Source of the DNA: Camelus dromedarius
Lineage: Eukaryota
Reading direction: 5' to 3'
DNA length: 60,000 bases
NCBI RefSeq assembly: GCF_036321535.1
Contig: NC_087436.1
Coordinates: 51,834,001-51,894,000, forward strand
In this document: positions 12,701 to 26,200 of the stretch, one piece after another
Position numbering within the stretch: the first letter of the stretch is position 1
Layout: each line of letters opens with the position of its first letter
Position numbers and translations under genes: made by a program
Notes under the pieces: generated by a model
The model's input: only the letters and a program-made list of their open reading frames with translations
Database searches by the model: none
What the model was told of the DNA's origin: nothing

Positions 12701-14001
12701 TTTCCATCTCAATTTAAATTTTTATTTTGAAACACAATATGCAGTGCTTGCAAAATCATTCCATTTTTATGAGAAAATGTTAATATCCTGAGAATGCCCC
12801 TAGATTCAATTACCAAAATCTAAGTAGTCTCTAAAAGAATATTCTATTCTCAGAATGGTGCTGCAATGATGCTCATCTACTTGCCACTGAACAAATTTTA
12901 AACATTCCAGCTCAGCCAAAATTCATGGAGAATTTATCCATTCTTGAAATATCACTTCCTAGACTTTGTGTTGAGTGAGAACTTTATACTCAAACAATCA
13001 TTCACTATGAGCAGGTGTTCCATAGGCACCAGAACAGTGACACTAACATTTACATTAGTCACCTTCATCTTACAAACTCTGGGGAGAAGCTAGCAGTCTT
13101 TGGAGGACTTGGATTGGGTCTCTATGAAAAAGCCTTCTCTAGCTCAAAGTCTTAATAGGTGTTAAAGTCTTCCCACAATAAGGCAAAAGAAAGGATACCC
13201 CTTTCTAGTAGAGGATACCGGTGCCTGGCTATGAGATGCTGAGTGAGTGTGCTTTGCTGAGGGCTCTACCAGATCAGAGAGAGGCTGCGGAAAGCCTGGA
13301 CGAGGGGACTGGCTGAGCTAGTGCAGCCCTGACCACAGCAACCTAGATGGGCAGCATAGTTACCTGAGACGTTGTTAAGAACTGCTTTCAACCAGGTGTA
13401 ATACTGTGCTTTATCATCTGGATTTCAGGTAAAGTGGTGATGCTTGCTAATTATCATATCGTGAGTAGGTATCACACACGCAATCATATGGCAATCATTT
13501 AGCAATAGCCAAGCTGTAAACATGTCTAGTCACTGCAAGGAGAGTTTGAGTGCAGAAATGCAGAGCCCACAACGCGAGGACCCACAAAAGTGTTACATTC
13601 AGAAAATACATAACCTTATTCATGAAATCACTTTTTAAATGACATTACTAGAAATAAATATAAATAAGCAATGAGGGAGACAAGACCTCTTTGAATCTCT
13701 GCAAGACAAAGAATTTTTTTTTAATGTCTGCTGCTGCAAAGCAGCCTCTGCCAGTTTAGAATGTAAAGACAATCTTCTCTCTCGTGAATCAAGTGGATAA
13801 TGGGCGCACAGGGTCACAGATAACCAAAGGAACATATTATTCCATTGACCAAGAAGCCCTAGATCAGCAGGTCCCAGCAGCAAGTTTACAACAGAGTTCA
13901 AAAAAAAAAAAAATTACAACATAAACAAGGAAATCCAACTCCTTGAGCAGCTCTCAGAAGATCCCTCAGAAGAATTCACACCAATAAAATAATGAAATAA
14001 C
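9710..14001 (-). pseudogene. Degenerate compact TRPC-like cation channel pseudogene (ankyrin repeats to C-terminal coiled coil)
   Basis: Minus-strand exons in TRPC order. ANK1 ~13970-13920: LLRAAQGVGFP vs FLDAAEYGNIP. ANK ~13900-13600: IQRGLVSLIAYL vs ISKGYVRIVEAI. TRP_2 exon 13532-13364: LPYDCVCD..QASPLYL, canonical AG/GT. 13168-12881: KVLTQHKV*EVIFQEW vs KFVAQPNCQQLLASRW. Pre-S1 12799-12701 and 12598-12557: SP.K.NIANIVVLL. S1-S3 12498-12242: TVNIEEIEFFW..KWQCFD..FDPY. S4 12009-11919: AES.FGFA.IVVS..VPA. S5-pore-S6 11523-11047: LFYSTLG; RGLGVAVYS. TRP box 10449-10343: QWI**WGKKKTFY..P.LNV. Coiled coil 9847-~9710: NEDQ-DDFKHNF. Confidence 0.78.
10262..10333. repeat. (GGAA)n-like purine microsatellite
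   Basis: Direct inspection. Confidence 0.9.
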
Positions 14002-14022
14002 CTGAAAAGGCTTTTTAAAATA

Positions 14023-14178
14023 CAGTTGACACTTGAACAACATAAGTTTGAAATGCATGCATCCAGTTATACTGGGACACTTTTCAATAGTAAATACTGC
14101 AATACTACACAATCCACAGTTGGTTAAATCCACAGATTACTGGTGGACTAACCCCTATAGTTGTTCAAGCGTCAACTA
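14023..14178. mobile_element. Tigger2a/MER28-like MITE (Tc1/mariner)
   Basis: Terminal inverted repeats cagttgacacttgaacaac ... gttgttcaagcgtcaacta, with TA at the left flank. Confidence 0.75.
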
Positions 14179-15300
14179 CAAGGAGACATAGAATACTCAG
14201 AGATAAGGAGGAAGCAGTATCTTTGAAATAAAAATAGGAGATTTTTTTCCTATTTTGAAGATGCTGAAATGGAATTGCTGAAAACTAGCCTTCAGAAATC
14301 TTGAAAAGAAAATAGTTGAAGTCACAGAAATCATATACAGAGTTATTGTATTTAAACTAGAATTTAAGAATTCATCTAGAACAGAGCAGAAAGATACAGG
14401 AGTTGAAATACCTCCAAATGGAGTCAGAACTCAAATTCACAGACTTCCCTGAGGTGTGGATTAAGTTTTACATATATGTATGTAATATATATAAATATGT
14501 GTAAAATATACAAATATATATAAATATATAATGAATATAGTAATATATTTTATACATTTATATGTATATAAAATGCCACTAATTAGACATACCCATTTGA
14601 GACTTTGAGTTTTGACTTTTGAGTTTCAAGGTCAAGCCAACAATATTTAACTTGGAACACAAGCCCTCAAAGACTTTTGACTGAATTTAATCTACAGGAA
14701 GTCCATCACTTAGGGACAAACTATGTCCTAAAAAGCATTTTAGATCAGATATACAGAATATATATAGATATGGATATATAGGAGACATAATATATATATA
14801 CACACCCTCAAAACTGTTTAAGATAGCAGTTAGTTTCCCATTTTTAACACACAGATGTCTAATAGAGTATATATGAAGAATAATACCACCAAGAGTAGAA
14901 GAAAAAGCTAGTTGAGAAAAAACTCAGGAAATGTGTGATGGTAAGTTACATGATCAAGAAATATATTGAGAAGATGATTTGAATCATCAGGCCAAAGCAA
15001 AACATCTCTCCACGGTCTCACAGGGTTATGTCTGAGGGAGGTGGATGCTGAACAAACTGTATATATAGATCCACCACAACATATACATGTGTCTGAAGTT
15101 TGGACTGTTTTCTCTACAGATGCTATGCCAAGAATGTTCTTGATTATTATTATTTTATTTGTTTAGTTTCCCACAGTCTGAGTTTTGCTGATTACATCCC
15201 TTTGGTGACATTAACATGTCATCTTGCCCCTGCACTTCCTCTATATTTGTGGTTAGATCCACAGGCTTGATCTGATTTAGATTATTTTTTTGCAAGACTG

Positions 15301-15424
15301 TTTTTTTGGGGGAGGGGGGATTAGGTTTATTTATTTATTTTTAGAGGAGGTACTGGGGACTGAACCCAAGGCCTCATGCATGCTAAGCATGCATTCTACC
15401 GCTTGAGCTATTATCCTCCTCCCC
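15301..15424 (-). mobile_element. Camelid tRNA-derived SINE (vic-1 type)
   Basis: tttagaggaggtactggggactgaacccaaggcctcatgcatgctaagcatgcattctaccgcttgagcta..; its reverse complement has tRNA A/B boxes. Near-identical to the copy at 31279. Confidence 0.85.
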
Positions 15425-15434
15425 AAGAATGTTC

Positions 15435-15705
15435 CTGAACTATATGATTCCACTTATGAGAGGTTATCACATAAAGTAGTCAAATTTACAGAAACAGAAA
15501 GTAGATGGTATTTATAGAAGCTGGGCAGAGGGGAAAAAGAGGAGTTGTTTAATAGGCATGGAGTTTCAGTTTTGCAAGATGAGAAAGTTCTAGAGACCTG
15601 TTTCACTACAATGTGCATATATTCAAAACCACTGAATGGTACACTTAACCATGGTGAAGATGGCAAATTTTACATTATGTGGTTTTTACCATAAGAAAGA
15701 AAGAA
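15435..15705 (+). mobile_element. L1MB-like 3' end
   Basis: tatatgattccacttatgag...gagtttcagttttgcaagatgagaaagttctagag...gtacactt. Confidence 0.7.
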
Positions 15706-16564
15706 AATTAGTTTGGATAACGTAATCCAGTTACCATTCCCAGGAAATTTAAAAATGCAAGAAAGGCCAAATCCAGGGTGAGTACACTCCTGGCAATTAA
15801 TTTGGCCTGTTTGAGCCTTACATTTTTACCTCCTTGATTTCATACTACCACCCATGTTGCCCAGGCTCTTTCTGATAAAGATCAGTGATGTCTTTTAATG
15901 TTTTTCTCTTAAATTTTGGCTTCTCCTAAGGAAGACCTTATACCTCCATTCCAGGCTATCTTAGAATCCAACTCTTAGACTTGTCCTGGCAGCAATGAGA
16001 GTAGATGAACCTGAGCCAGGGAGAGAACTGCCATCACCCTGAGAGAAGAGTTTCCCAAAGAGAGTGACTGGAAAGTTCATGTGTTGAGGAAGGCTGGTTC
16101 CATCAGATGACAAAAGATGCCTTGCCTCTGTCAATGAGAAATTTGAAGGTTCCAGAAGAACTGGAAGGTTCCAAGTTCTCATCCTTTCCCATGTCTGCTG
16201 AAGGGTTCCCATCTCTGAGGCCTCTTTCTTTCTCACTGGCACCTCTACTTTACCTTTCTAAAAACTTAGCATTTAATTGTCCCTGCCATTCTGTAATCCT
16301 TACTGTCAGCTAGACCGTGGGCATGATCCAGAGCCGTGTCTTCCCTGCACCTACAGCAGATGACTGACAACTTCAGACCTGCAATGAGACGTGATAACCT
16401 CCACATTTCTTCTCAAATGTATATTCATAGCTCTCAACATCTCCACTTACCTACTTACATCTCTAGAGACATAAGGAGCCAGCTGACTTAATCTTTTCAT
16501 TATTATTGTCGCCATAGAAGCTGAGTGCTCCAGCGACCCAATCTCCTAATTCTTGCTAGTTAAT

Positions 16565-16715
16565 TGGTGGTATCAGTCAGTTGTATCAGCATCACCTGGG
16601 AGCTTGTTAGAAATGCAGTCTCTTATACACCATCACAGGCTTATTGTATCAGCAAAAGATTTTAACAAGAAATTGCAGTGGTTCGTATGTACATTAAAAT
16701 TTCACAAGCACTGTC
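16565..16715. mobile_element. MER5-family hAT element
   Basis: gcatcacctgggagcttgttagaaatgcag...tttaacaag...aagcactg. Confidence 0.7.
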
Positions 16716-17610
16716 CTAATTTCATGCCTTCCTCAGGCACTACCGTGGGTGACAGTTTGAGTAACTGTGACACCACTGCATGTCATAGATTTACCTGTGA
16801 CTCATTTTCCCCCTGCAAGAAAGTTATCTCTGCACTTCATGATTTTTATGGGCAACCCAACCTCTGATACCATTTTGACAGTTTATTTTCTGGGACTGCT
16901 TCTGGTACCAATTATTTTATCAGTCAGGGTCCTGGTAGAAAACAGCTGGCACAAAAAACTATAATTTAAGAATGGTTATAAAAGGACTATTCACAAAATG
17001 TGGGTAATGACAGAATAATATATTATGAGGTTGTCAAAGCACACACATATGCACATACCAGAGAATACCTTTCTACAGGAATTTAGCCCTGTTTAACATT
17101 ATTCTTAATATTTCATGAAATTTTTATTTATCTATTTATTGCATTTGTTTACTCTGTCTCTATAATTGAGGTAAGGGAATAGAAAACACACAAAAGAAAG
17201 ACAAAGTAAATTCAAAGGAGAAAATAGAATCAAAAGAATAAAGAATTTCAACATGAAGTCAGAAATGAGAATAGTAGAAAAAAATTACACACCATATACC
17301 TGGGACCAAATATGGCTATAAATTTCTAGCAATGAACAAGGAAATGTGCACAAGGCTGAGTCTTCAGGAGTAACAGCTTTTCCTGTTTAAACACCAGAAA
17401 TAAATATTTCTTATTCAAAGAGAGAACACTGTGTAACACAATGGTCATGGTTCTCAATAATAACTTGGTAAAAAATGCAAGTATCTAAAGTTTTTAGATT
17501 GAAAAGTTAAATCAACATTGAAACTTTTACAGCATTGTTTAGCATGTAAATATTTTTTCTCATTGTCAAACACTTAGCAGGTCAAAAAACTAATAGCAAA
17601 AAAGGTAAGT

Positions 17611-17935
17611 ACAGATCCATAATCCCTTATCTTAAATTCTTAGAGCAACAAGTGTTTTGCATGTGTTGTAAAAGTTTTCCAATTTTAAGGGCACAGAGCA
17701 TATAGGAGAAGGCATTCCCAGTGGGTATGTGAAGCAGTAGCCCCTAGTCAAACACATTTATACAGCTGCAGTGAAATATATGAATATTCACATAAAATGA
17801 AATAAATAAGGAGTATAAACATCTTCATTTCAGTTCAAGGTAACTTATCACTAAACATCAAAGAATTTAGGGTTTGGTTTTGCTTTGTTTTTGAAATTCT
17901 GGATTTTAAAATTTTTTGTTAAGAGATTATGACCC
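17611..17935. mobile_element. Tigger8-like DNA transposon
   Basis: Ends cagatccataatcccttatc ... aagagattatgacc form degenerate inverted repeats. Confidence 0.5.
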
Positions 17936-18651
17936 CACATCACTCTATTTCATTAACCAAAAATAGATTATCTTTACTAATATATTATTTGGGGAGAGCA
18001 GTATGGAAAATAAGTCTAAGTGCTTAGAATAGTTCCAAGAAACAATATCCTTACATTGTGGAAGTAAGACAGTCATCCTTACAGTAACCAACAGAGAAAC
18101 CCTCCCCAGGTGACATGTCAAAACTCAAGATCTGGAAGAGCTGACTACAGGAAATGTTTATTGCCAGTATCCTGTGCCTGTGGATTGTGTGGAGGTATGG
18201 AAGGAGATTAATTCTTTTCCTTTTTAGATCTCCAGACACAGAGGAGATAATCTGGACCTGATGCAGTGACTACTGTAAATCATCTAGCAACCCTGAACTC
18301 TGAGCTACATGCATTGACAAGATGAGGTATTTGGACTGAATCCCACAGAGAAGGGTTGAGTATTTTTATGTATGCAGAAAGAATGGCACAAAACTATTTT
18401 GTATCAGATAGAAAAGTAAATGTCTACCAAATGCTTACTGGAGTGAGTGCCTCCTTTATTTCTCTCTTCCTCTGTTGCAGCAATGTTAGAAGCCCCAAGT
18501 TCCAAAAGGCTAAGCCTTAATATGAAGGAGGCTATTATTTCATTTCACAATGACCTTTTAATAAGAGAAAAATAAACTGTTAACCATATATGCCTAATGG
18601 GATTTGAGAATTGCTATGGACAAGTGACTGCTGTGTATCTCCTATTCTCGC

Positions 18652-18978
18652 CACAGAAACAGATTCATTGATACAGAGAACAAACTGGTGGTTCCCCAGA
18701 GGGGAGGGTGTGGGGGATGAGAGAAATAGATGAGAGAGATTAATAAGTACAAACTTTCAGTTATAAAATAAGTAACTCATGGGGATGAAATGTACAGTGT
18801 GGGGAATATAGTCAATAATATTGTGATAACTGTATGGTGACAAGATGGTAACCAAACTTACTGTGGAGATCATTTTGTAATTTATAAAAATACTGAATCA
18901 ATATGTTGCACACCTGAAACTAATATTGTAAGCCAGTTATAAAGTCAGTAAAACAAACAAACAAACAAGAAAAAGAAA
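18652..18978 (+). mobile_element. L1 3' end (L1MA9/artiodactyl-like)
   Basis: acagagaacaaactggtggtt...gtacaaactttcagttataaaataag...cacctgaaactaatattgtaag, then an A-rich tail. Confidence 0.75.
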
Positions 18979-20299
18979 ACACTTATCACCCAAGTGAAAA
19001 CAGAACATACCCAACACTCTAGAAATTTGCCTTATGCCTTCTCCCAACCACAACACTTTGATCCACTCCAAAGTATTTTACTATCTAGGATTTTATGATT
19101 ATCACTTCCTTGCTTTTCTTCACAGTTTTTGCAACTAAGCTTGTATCAATTAACATTATTGTTTTTCTTACTTTTTGAACTAAATATAAAAGGAATCACC
19201 CAATACGTATTATTTTGTGTGTGATTACTTTGAGAAATTTTGATAGAATAGAAACTGTGTGCTATATATCTGCAGTGCCATCCACTTTTATTGCTTATTA
19301 TTCATTGTAGAAATACTTATTCTCTATATTTTACTATTTATTTTACCAATTTATTATTATTTTAGTATTTACGTTACTATTGATGAACACTGGATTTGTT
19401 ATCAGTTTGATAACATTATGCTACTATGAACATTATGCATACATCTCCTTTTATACATGTGTATCCATTTCCCTTCAGTATATGTACCTGAGTCCAACTG
19501 CCAGATTGTATTTTATGCATAATTTCAACTTTGGTAGATAATGCCAAACTGTTTTCCAAAGAAGAAAATTAAATTTATGCATACACCAGTAGTAGTATCA
19601 ATACAGGGTATTATTTGATTTTTTAATTTTATTTTATCACTGAGAAAACCCATATAAATTAAATATATTTTCCATATCACCTTATATCAAGAAACTTTGT
19701 GAAATCCACTTATTAATTCTAATAATTTATTTGTATTACTTTGAATTGTTACGTGTACAATCATATCCTGACTTTAGGGTTACCATCTGGAGAAATAAAG
19801 AAGTATCACTCCCAAGAATGGTCAAGGCAGAAGTCCAAATTTTTATTCTGATTGTTAACCAGGAAGCAGATAATAGAAAATCATCCCTTTCTAGGAACAG
19901 CCTCATTCAGTGACCAAACTCTTTTACTTAGGGGTGTAGACCAGGAGGAGCTGAGGAATACAGAGTTAGAAAACTTATTGAGTCAAATTTTGAGAAGGGC
20001 TTTCCAAGACAATACAAGATGCTGTGGACGATAGAGAGTGTAGAATACCTATCAGATATCTTGACTATTGACCCACTGTTGAGTGGCTTGTGCAATAAAA
20101 AGCACACCACTGTCAAGATGAAAAATTTGTTTCACTGGCCATAATAGTTTGAATAGTAATATGAAAAAGTGTCAACAGTGGTTGGACATCACCAATAGCC
20201 CAAGAGTGGTCAAAAGTGTGACAGAGCCAATCTGTCAGGAATGCACATGAACAACACCCTATATGAGATCCTTCCCAAAAATAAGTGGTCAACTTTGGG

Positions 20300-21755
20300 C
20301 AGATTCTTTCAAGGAGATCAAATAACTGTCAACCTAGAATTCCGTAACCAGCAAAGGTATCTTTCAAGGACCCTGATGATGATGATACAAAAATTCTCCC
20401 TGAAAGAAATTCTTAAGGGTATACTTCAAACAAATGAAAAGTACGCCTAAGAGGAAAGTCTAGAATTCAAAAAAAGAAGATAAACAAAAACATTATTGCA
20501 AATTTAAAGGTAGACATAACTACATATTTTATAGACAGTAAAAAGGTTAATAAAAGAATATTATAAGCACCTTTACAGTAGTAGATACAATCAAAACAAA
20601 TAAATTCCTAGAAAATTTAAACAAAATGAGTAAAGGAGAAATATCTTTCATAGTCGTGATAGTTAAAGAAAGTGAGTCAGTCATTGAAAATCATCCCACA
20701 AAGAAACCTCCAAACACAGACATAGGTCTTCATCAGTGAATTCTACAGATTTTCAAGGGAGAAATAATTCCTGTTTTAATTACAGGAGATTTTATAAAAT
20801 ATTTGGTTACCATGTTACAAAATGATCAATCTCACAAAATACAAAGAAAATCTTGAGAAATTCTTCTAGAGTAATGAGACTAAAGGGGTAAAATAACTAA
20901 AAACAATTTATATACCTGATTGAATCCTGAATCAGAGAGAAAAAATATGTATTATAAAGGACATTATTGAGATAATCGGCAAAATTTGACTACAGACTAA
21001 ATATTAGACAATAGTATTTTAATAATGGTAATTTTCCTAATTTTGCTAGTTGTACTCTAGTGATATAATGAAATGCTCCTCTTCTTATGTAATATGTGGT
21101 GAAATTTTAGGTATAAGGAGTCATGATATATGCAACCTCCTCTCAAATAGCTCAAGAAAAAAATAGAAAGAAAATGATTAAGCTACTGTGACAATATGTT
21201 AACAATGAGTGAAACGGAACCTGGGTGAAGCACATACAAGATTTCTTTGTTCTATTCTTGTAATTTTTCAGACATCTGAATTTATTTCAAAATAAAGTGT
21301 TTTTAAAAAAGAATCCCCAAATTTGTCGTCTGAAAGACAAAAGAAGAGTTAACACTCTCTCAGTGTTAGCATCTCTTCATATCTTGATGTGCATAATTTC
21401 AATCTCAAAATGGCAGGAAGAAAAAGAGAAATGACAGGCCAACTCATGAATGTGAATGAAAAATTTTCTAAGCAAAATATTTAGCAAATTGAATCCAGAA
21501 GCATAGAAAAGGATAATTCATTATGACTAAATTTCATGTAGGAGTTCGACATTTGCAGATACACACTACTATATATAAAATAGATAAACAACAAGTTTCT
21601 TCCATATAGTACAGGGAATTATATTCAATATCTTGTAGTTACCTATAATGAAAAAGATTATGAAAATGAATATATATGTATATTTACAATGAAACATGCC
21701 ATACACCAGAAACTGACACATTGTAAACTGACTGTACTTCAATTTAAAAAAAAAT
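20300..21755 (+). mobile_element. L1 fragments, including an L1MC-like 3' end (~20810-21310) and a young camelid L1 3' end (21540-21755)
   Basis: ORF2-like A-rich fragments; tagataaacaacaagtttc...tacaccagaaactgacacattgtaaactgactgtacttcaatttaaaaa. Confidence 0.7.
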
Positions 21756-23288
21756 CAATTTTACTTTTCTTGAAAATCCAGTAGATGGGGCATTTCTTGG
21801 GCTACTTTATTACATGGCAACAATTTTCTGGAGCTGGACAGCTGCTGACTTCAGACCAGGCTTGCCACTTAATGTTGTTGTCAACAATCCCTATTGTCAG
21901 TCCTTACTTCCCTTCAACTTCAGCTATATTTGTATTACCCAAATGAGCACTGAAGGCTTTTGAGTTTGCAAGCCCTGCCTTTTAACATCAATATTGTGGG
22001 GAGGGGATTGTTGCCATGTTTGGAGGATAGAGAAGGTGGATTTTAGTGGTGTATTATTCCACTGGCCCATTTTTGGATTCAGGTGTTAAAAAGTAGAAAC
22101 TAGTACTTATATGCGCAGAAACCACCTGTGGAAATAATTGTTGCCAATTAAATCGGTTGAATGAAGCAGATGAGGGTACTCATCCACTTGATGAAACAGA
22201 GGATTTTGTTCAAAAGGTGTATGGGGATCCCACTTCCTGAGATCAATAGGGAGTAGTGATGCGTGTGTATACTAGAAAAGAATTCAGCGTGAAGTGGTTT
22301 GTTGATTCTTCTTGAAGAGAAACCAAATGGCAGTCACCCAAGCCTTAGAGAAAAAAAAGGTCAAAGGAAGCTACAAATCAGAACAAACAAGGAAATCTTA
22401 AGGAGGTGGTGCCTGAAATCAGAGAAACCCTCATTCCTGTATGATAATTGGTTCATAATATGGCCACCAGGGGAGACCTAAGACTTTCAAACATATCAGT
22501 ATTTACCATTACCTTGTAGTCAAGATAGTCAGGTAATAGTTCATTACCTACTCTGTCCTTCCCAACAGGTCGGTTTCTCCCTAACTACTAGTTGGCCTTT
22601 TAGAGAGCTAGTTTTCAAAAAAAGGCACAATTGTACATTGTTTTCTAGCTCAACACTCTTCCTGACAGAATTACTGAGGAAACATTATGCAAATCTATTG
22701 TTTACCAAAGCCATAAAACCATCTGGTCCTAGGGGTCCATTTTCTTGTAGCAGACCTCTGGAAGCCAGCATGGGTCTCACTTCCTCTGTCCTTCCTATTC
22801 CAGCTGCCAAGCCGCTGCTGACAAAACACAGGGGTTTTAAATTTCTCATTTTTGACTGGGCTTTCCATCCTGATCCTTGCTGTAGTTACTTCTGTTCTAT
22901 TTTCTGTACAATCACCTTATCTTCAGCATTTACACGTCTCAGTCAGTCTCTGTACGTCACATAGGTTTCTTTTGAAAACCTGAGTGTTTGCAAACTTAGC
23001 CAAACATTTATAAGTATCTCTTAGAGACACAAAGCCCACTTGTAGGAAGTCACGAAAATGATCTTGGTAATAAAAACCTGAGGGCAGAGTCATAACATTC
23101 GGGTGATAGCATCTACATGCCACAAAATATGAATCATCATCTGAGGAGTTTTAGGTTTTCAAAATCAGCCTCTGATCCTAATCATAAATCCATGCATTCT
23201 GAATAACAGACATTAGGAAATCTAAACTTTGTTGTCATTAAGCAGGCTTAATATGTGTATTTGTCAAATCTACTATATAAAATCATAC

Positions 23289-26200
23289 TCTTTCATTCCC
23301 ATCTTCTCTGAGACTTTGGGATATTTCTTTTAGTATTTCACTGTTCTTTAACATACCACTGTTCCTTCAAATCACAGCAGTTTCTGCATCTACCTATGGA
23401 GTGGAATTGTATTTCTGCCCACAGAATTCCTCCAACGTAAAACTAAGGAAGCTGAAGCCAATCACAGCGTACAAGCTGAATGATACCTCTTCTTAGTCCC
23501 TAAATACCCTAACTGAGGGCAGCTGTCAGTCTGGAGCAGTTGGGGCTGTCCCCTGATCTTCTTGCTAACTGTGTTAATGTGAGCAGGGAGCAAAACAGAA
23601 GTTATCTTATTCCAGTGATTTAGAACAGAGACACATGGTACAATATTCATTTTCTATGACAATTAAAACGTTTCCAACACTTAAGTTTTTAAACCACTGT
23701 AAACAACGTTAGAGCCACTACCTTGTACAAGCACTAGCAGAACAGGTTGAACCTTCTGTGCACTCAGATAGCTGCAAATTAAAGTAAACCAGAGAAGAAA
23801 TGCTGACGGTTTTCTGAGATAACAAAGGACGGATAATTTTCAACATAGGAAGATAAATAACTGTTGTTGGATTATTACTTCATCTTGGTATCACTCTGCT
23901 AGAATACTCTGCTTAAATGAGCTTGGTTGTTTGAAATCTCTAATGCCTAATATTTCCATCATTTCTATGCCCTGTGCTCTGCACTAAGTTTATTGTGAGA
24001 ACTGCTGGTAAAAGAAGAGGGTATGATAGCAACACAGAGACGATGTGAACTTTTGGTTAACGTCAGAATCCTGGGAGATGCCATCAGCTAAAAAAAGAAC
24101 TAGTAGGAGGAGGATGTGGCTGTTGCTCAAAGACTTATAGTTCTGCTTTGGCAGCCACATCCTGCCTGTGGCTAGGTCAACCCAAGTACCACATCTTACT
24201 GTTTTCCTGACTGATAAAACACAACCTGCTATTGAAGAAGGGGTCTCTCTTTGCAATAAACCAACATCATTATGAAAGATTAAGAAATATTTAGGGTTAC
24301 AGGCAACTTGGGGCCTTGAGCATTACGGATACCTGTGAAAATGTTTGTGGCCAAGATCTTTTTTTGATAGTAAAAAATAATATGTCATCATAGAAGAGAA
24401 TTTGGAAAAGTACATAAAGGTGCAAAGAAAAAGTAATTCAAAAAAGTAATCCAAAGATACATCGAGAATAACATTTTTTTTCTGCTGGTATGTATGTTCA
24501 TGTGAATACACATACACGTGAATGATTTTGGTTTTACAAATATATGATATATATACTCATATGGATTTACAAAATGGAAGTCATACTATACATAATTCCC
24601 ATGATCATGTTAAATAGGAACAATTTTTATTCTCCTTTCCATGCTAAGAGTTCTTTAAAAACATTTTGAATGTCTGTTAATGTTCCATTACATCAGTGAT
24701 TCTCAAGCTTTTGTATGCACCAAAATTATCTTGAGGGCTCTGTGAATGCTTGGTCCACCCCTAGAGTTTCCGAGTCAGTAAGTGCCAAATAGAGCCTAGA
24801 CTGTCCATTTCTAACAATTTGCCAGGTGATGCTGATCTTGCTGGTCTGGGGATTACACGGTGGTTGGCTAGACGATCTAAACATTGTCTTACAATTGGAT
24901 ATTTGGATTGCTCATCATGAATAACTTTAGAGTAACTATGCATACATGACAATTTCCACAGGATAGGTTTCTATAATGGAAATAACTGAGAAAGTTATGA
25001 ACTTTTGGGATACTTTCAATGTGTGTAGCCAAACTGATCCAGAAAAACTACACCAATTTATACCATTTGTAACTGTTCATATTCTACAAAACCCTCTTTG
25101 TTACTTAGTATATTTTATGTTTTCTAAGTATTTAGTCAAAATAATATCTTATTTCAGTTTACATTTTTTTGCTTACCGGTGAAGTAAAATATTTCATCAT
25201 ATTTTCAATATCTATTTGAAAGAACTATAAACAAAACACTACAGCTCTTTTCTTCAAGCTGTTGGGATCTTAAGATTTTTCTTATGTATTTCTAGCAATC
25301 TTTCATATTTTCAGCTTGTGAATTCCTAACTTGTCCTATTTGACATAGATAATTTCTCACTTTATTATTACTTGTTAATTGTCTATTTTTGACAGAGTGG
25401 TTTGTTCTTTCAATTTTCAAGTAGCTGTCACTTTTTTCTTTGTGATTTAATTTGTTACTTAGAAAATAGGAGTCCTAAAATAAATAATCCTGTTTTTCCC
25501 TTTCTTATGGTTTTATGCTTAACATTTGCTTCTTGAACCATTCTGGAATTTCTTACCTTTCTCTCCTTCCCTCCTTCCTTCTTCTCTACCTCTCCCTTTC
25601 TCTCTCCCTCCCTGTCTCCCTTCCTCCTTTTCTTAGTCCCCCCTCCCTCTTCTTTCCTTCCTTCCTTCCTCATTTCTTTGTTTCATACAGAGTGAAGTGA
25701 AGCTCAAGTAGTGAATTAATTATCTGGTAATAAATTACCATTTATTAAATAACCATTCCTTTTCCTATAAAATGTGATGCATGATCATCTTTAAAACTTA
25801 ATTTCCAACCTTGGAAATCAGTTCTTGGTTGGTATTTGTAGGAAATGTGACCTGATACAAGATATTGTTTTTAGTAAGCACAACAGGAAACACATGTATG
25901 ACATCTAACGAGAAAACCAGAAATCAAGCCACGGTAAAACACTGGTAGCTCTAATTTCAGTATGTGTTTTGGCTTCAGCTTAGATTTCCAATCAGCTGTT
26001 CAGAGTGTTTCCTTGTTTTGCTCACTGCCTTAAAGGTAATATTTTCAAAGAGACAAAAAACATTCTCATTGCCTTCAAGAAATATTGAGAGTGGGGTGTG
26101 TTTTCCAGAGTTTGAGGCAAATGGGAACTCATTTAAAAATCCCACTGCATCATTGCACAAAACATATTTTTATTGTCTGGCCTTACTTTTCCATTCCTTG

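Noticed and set aside
19930..20200. NAGK processed pseudogene (GVDQEE resembling GGDQED)
   Set aside because: Similarity is limited to a few residues and does not extend convincingly.
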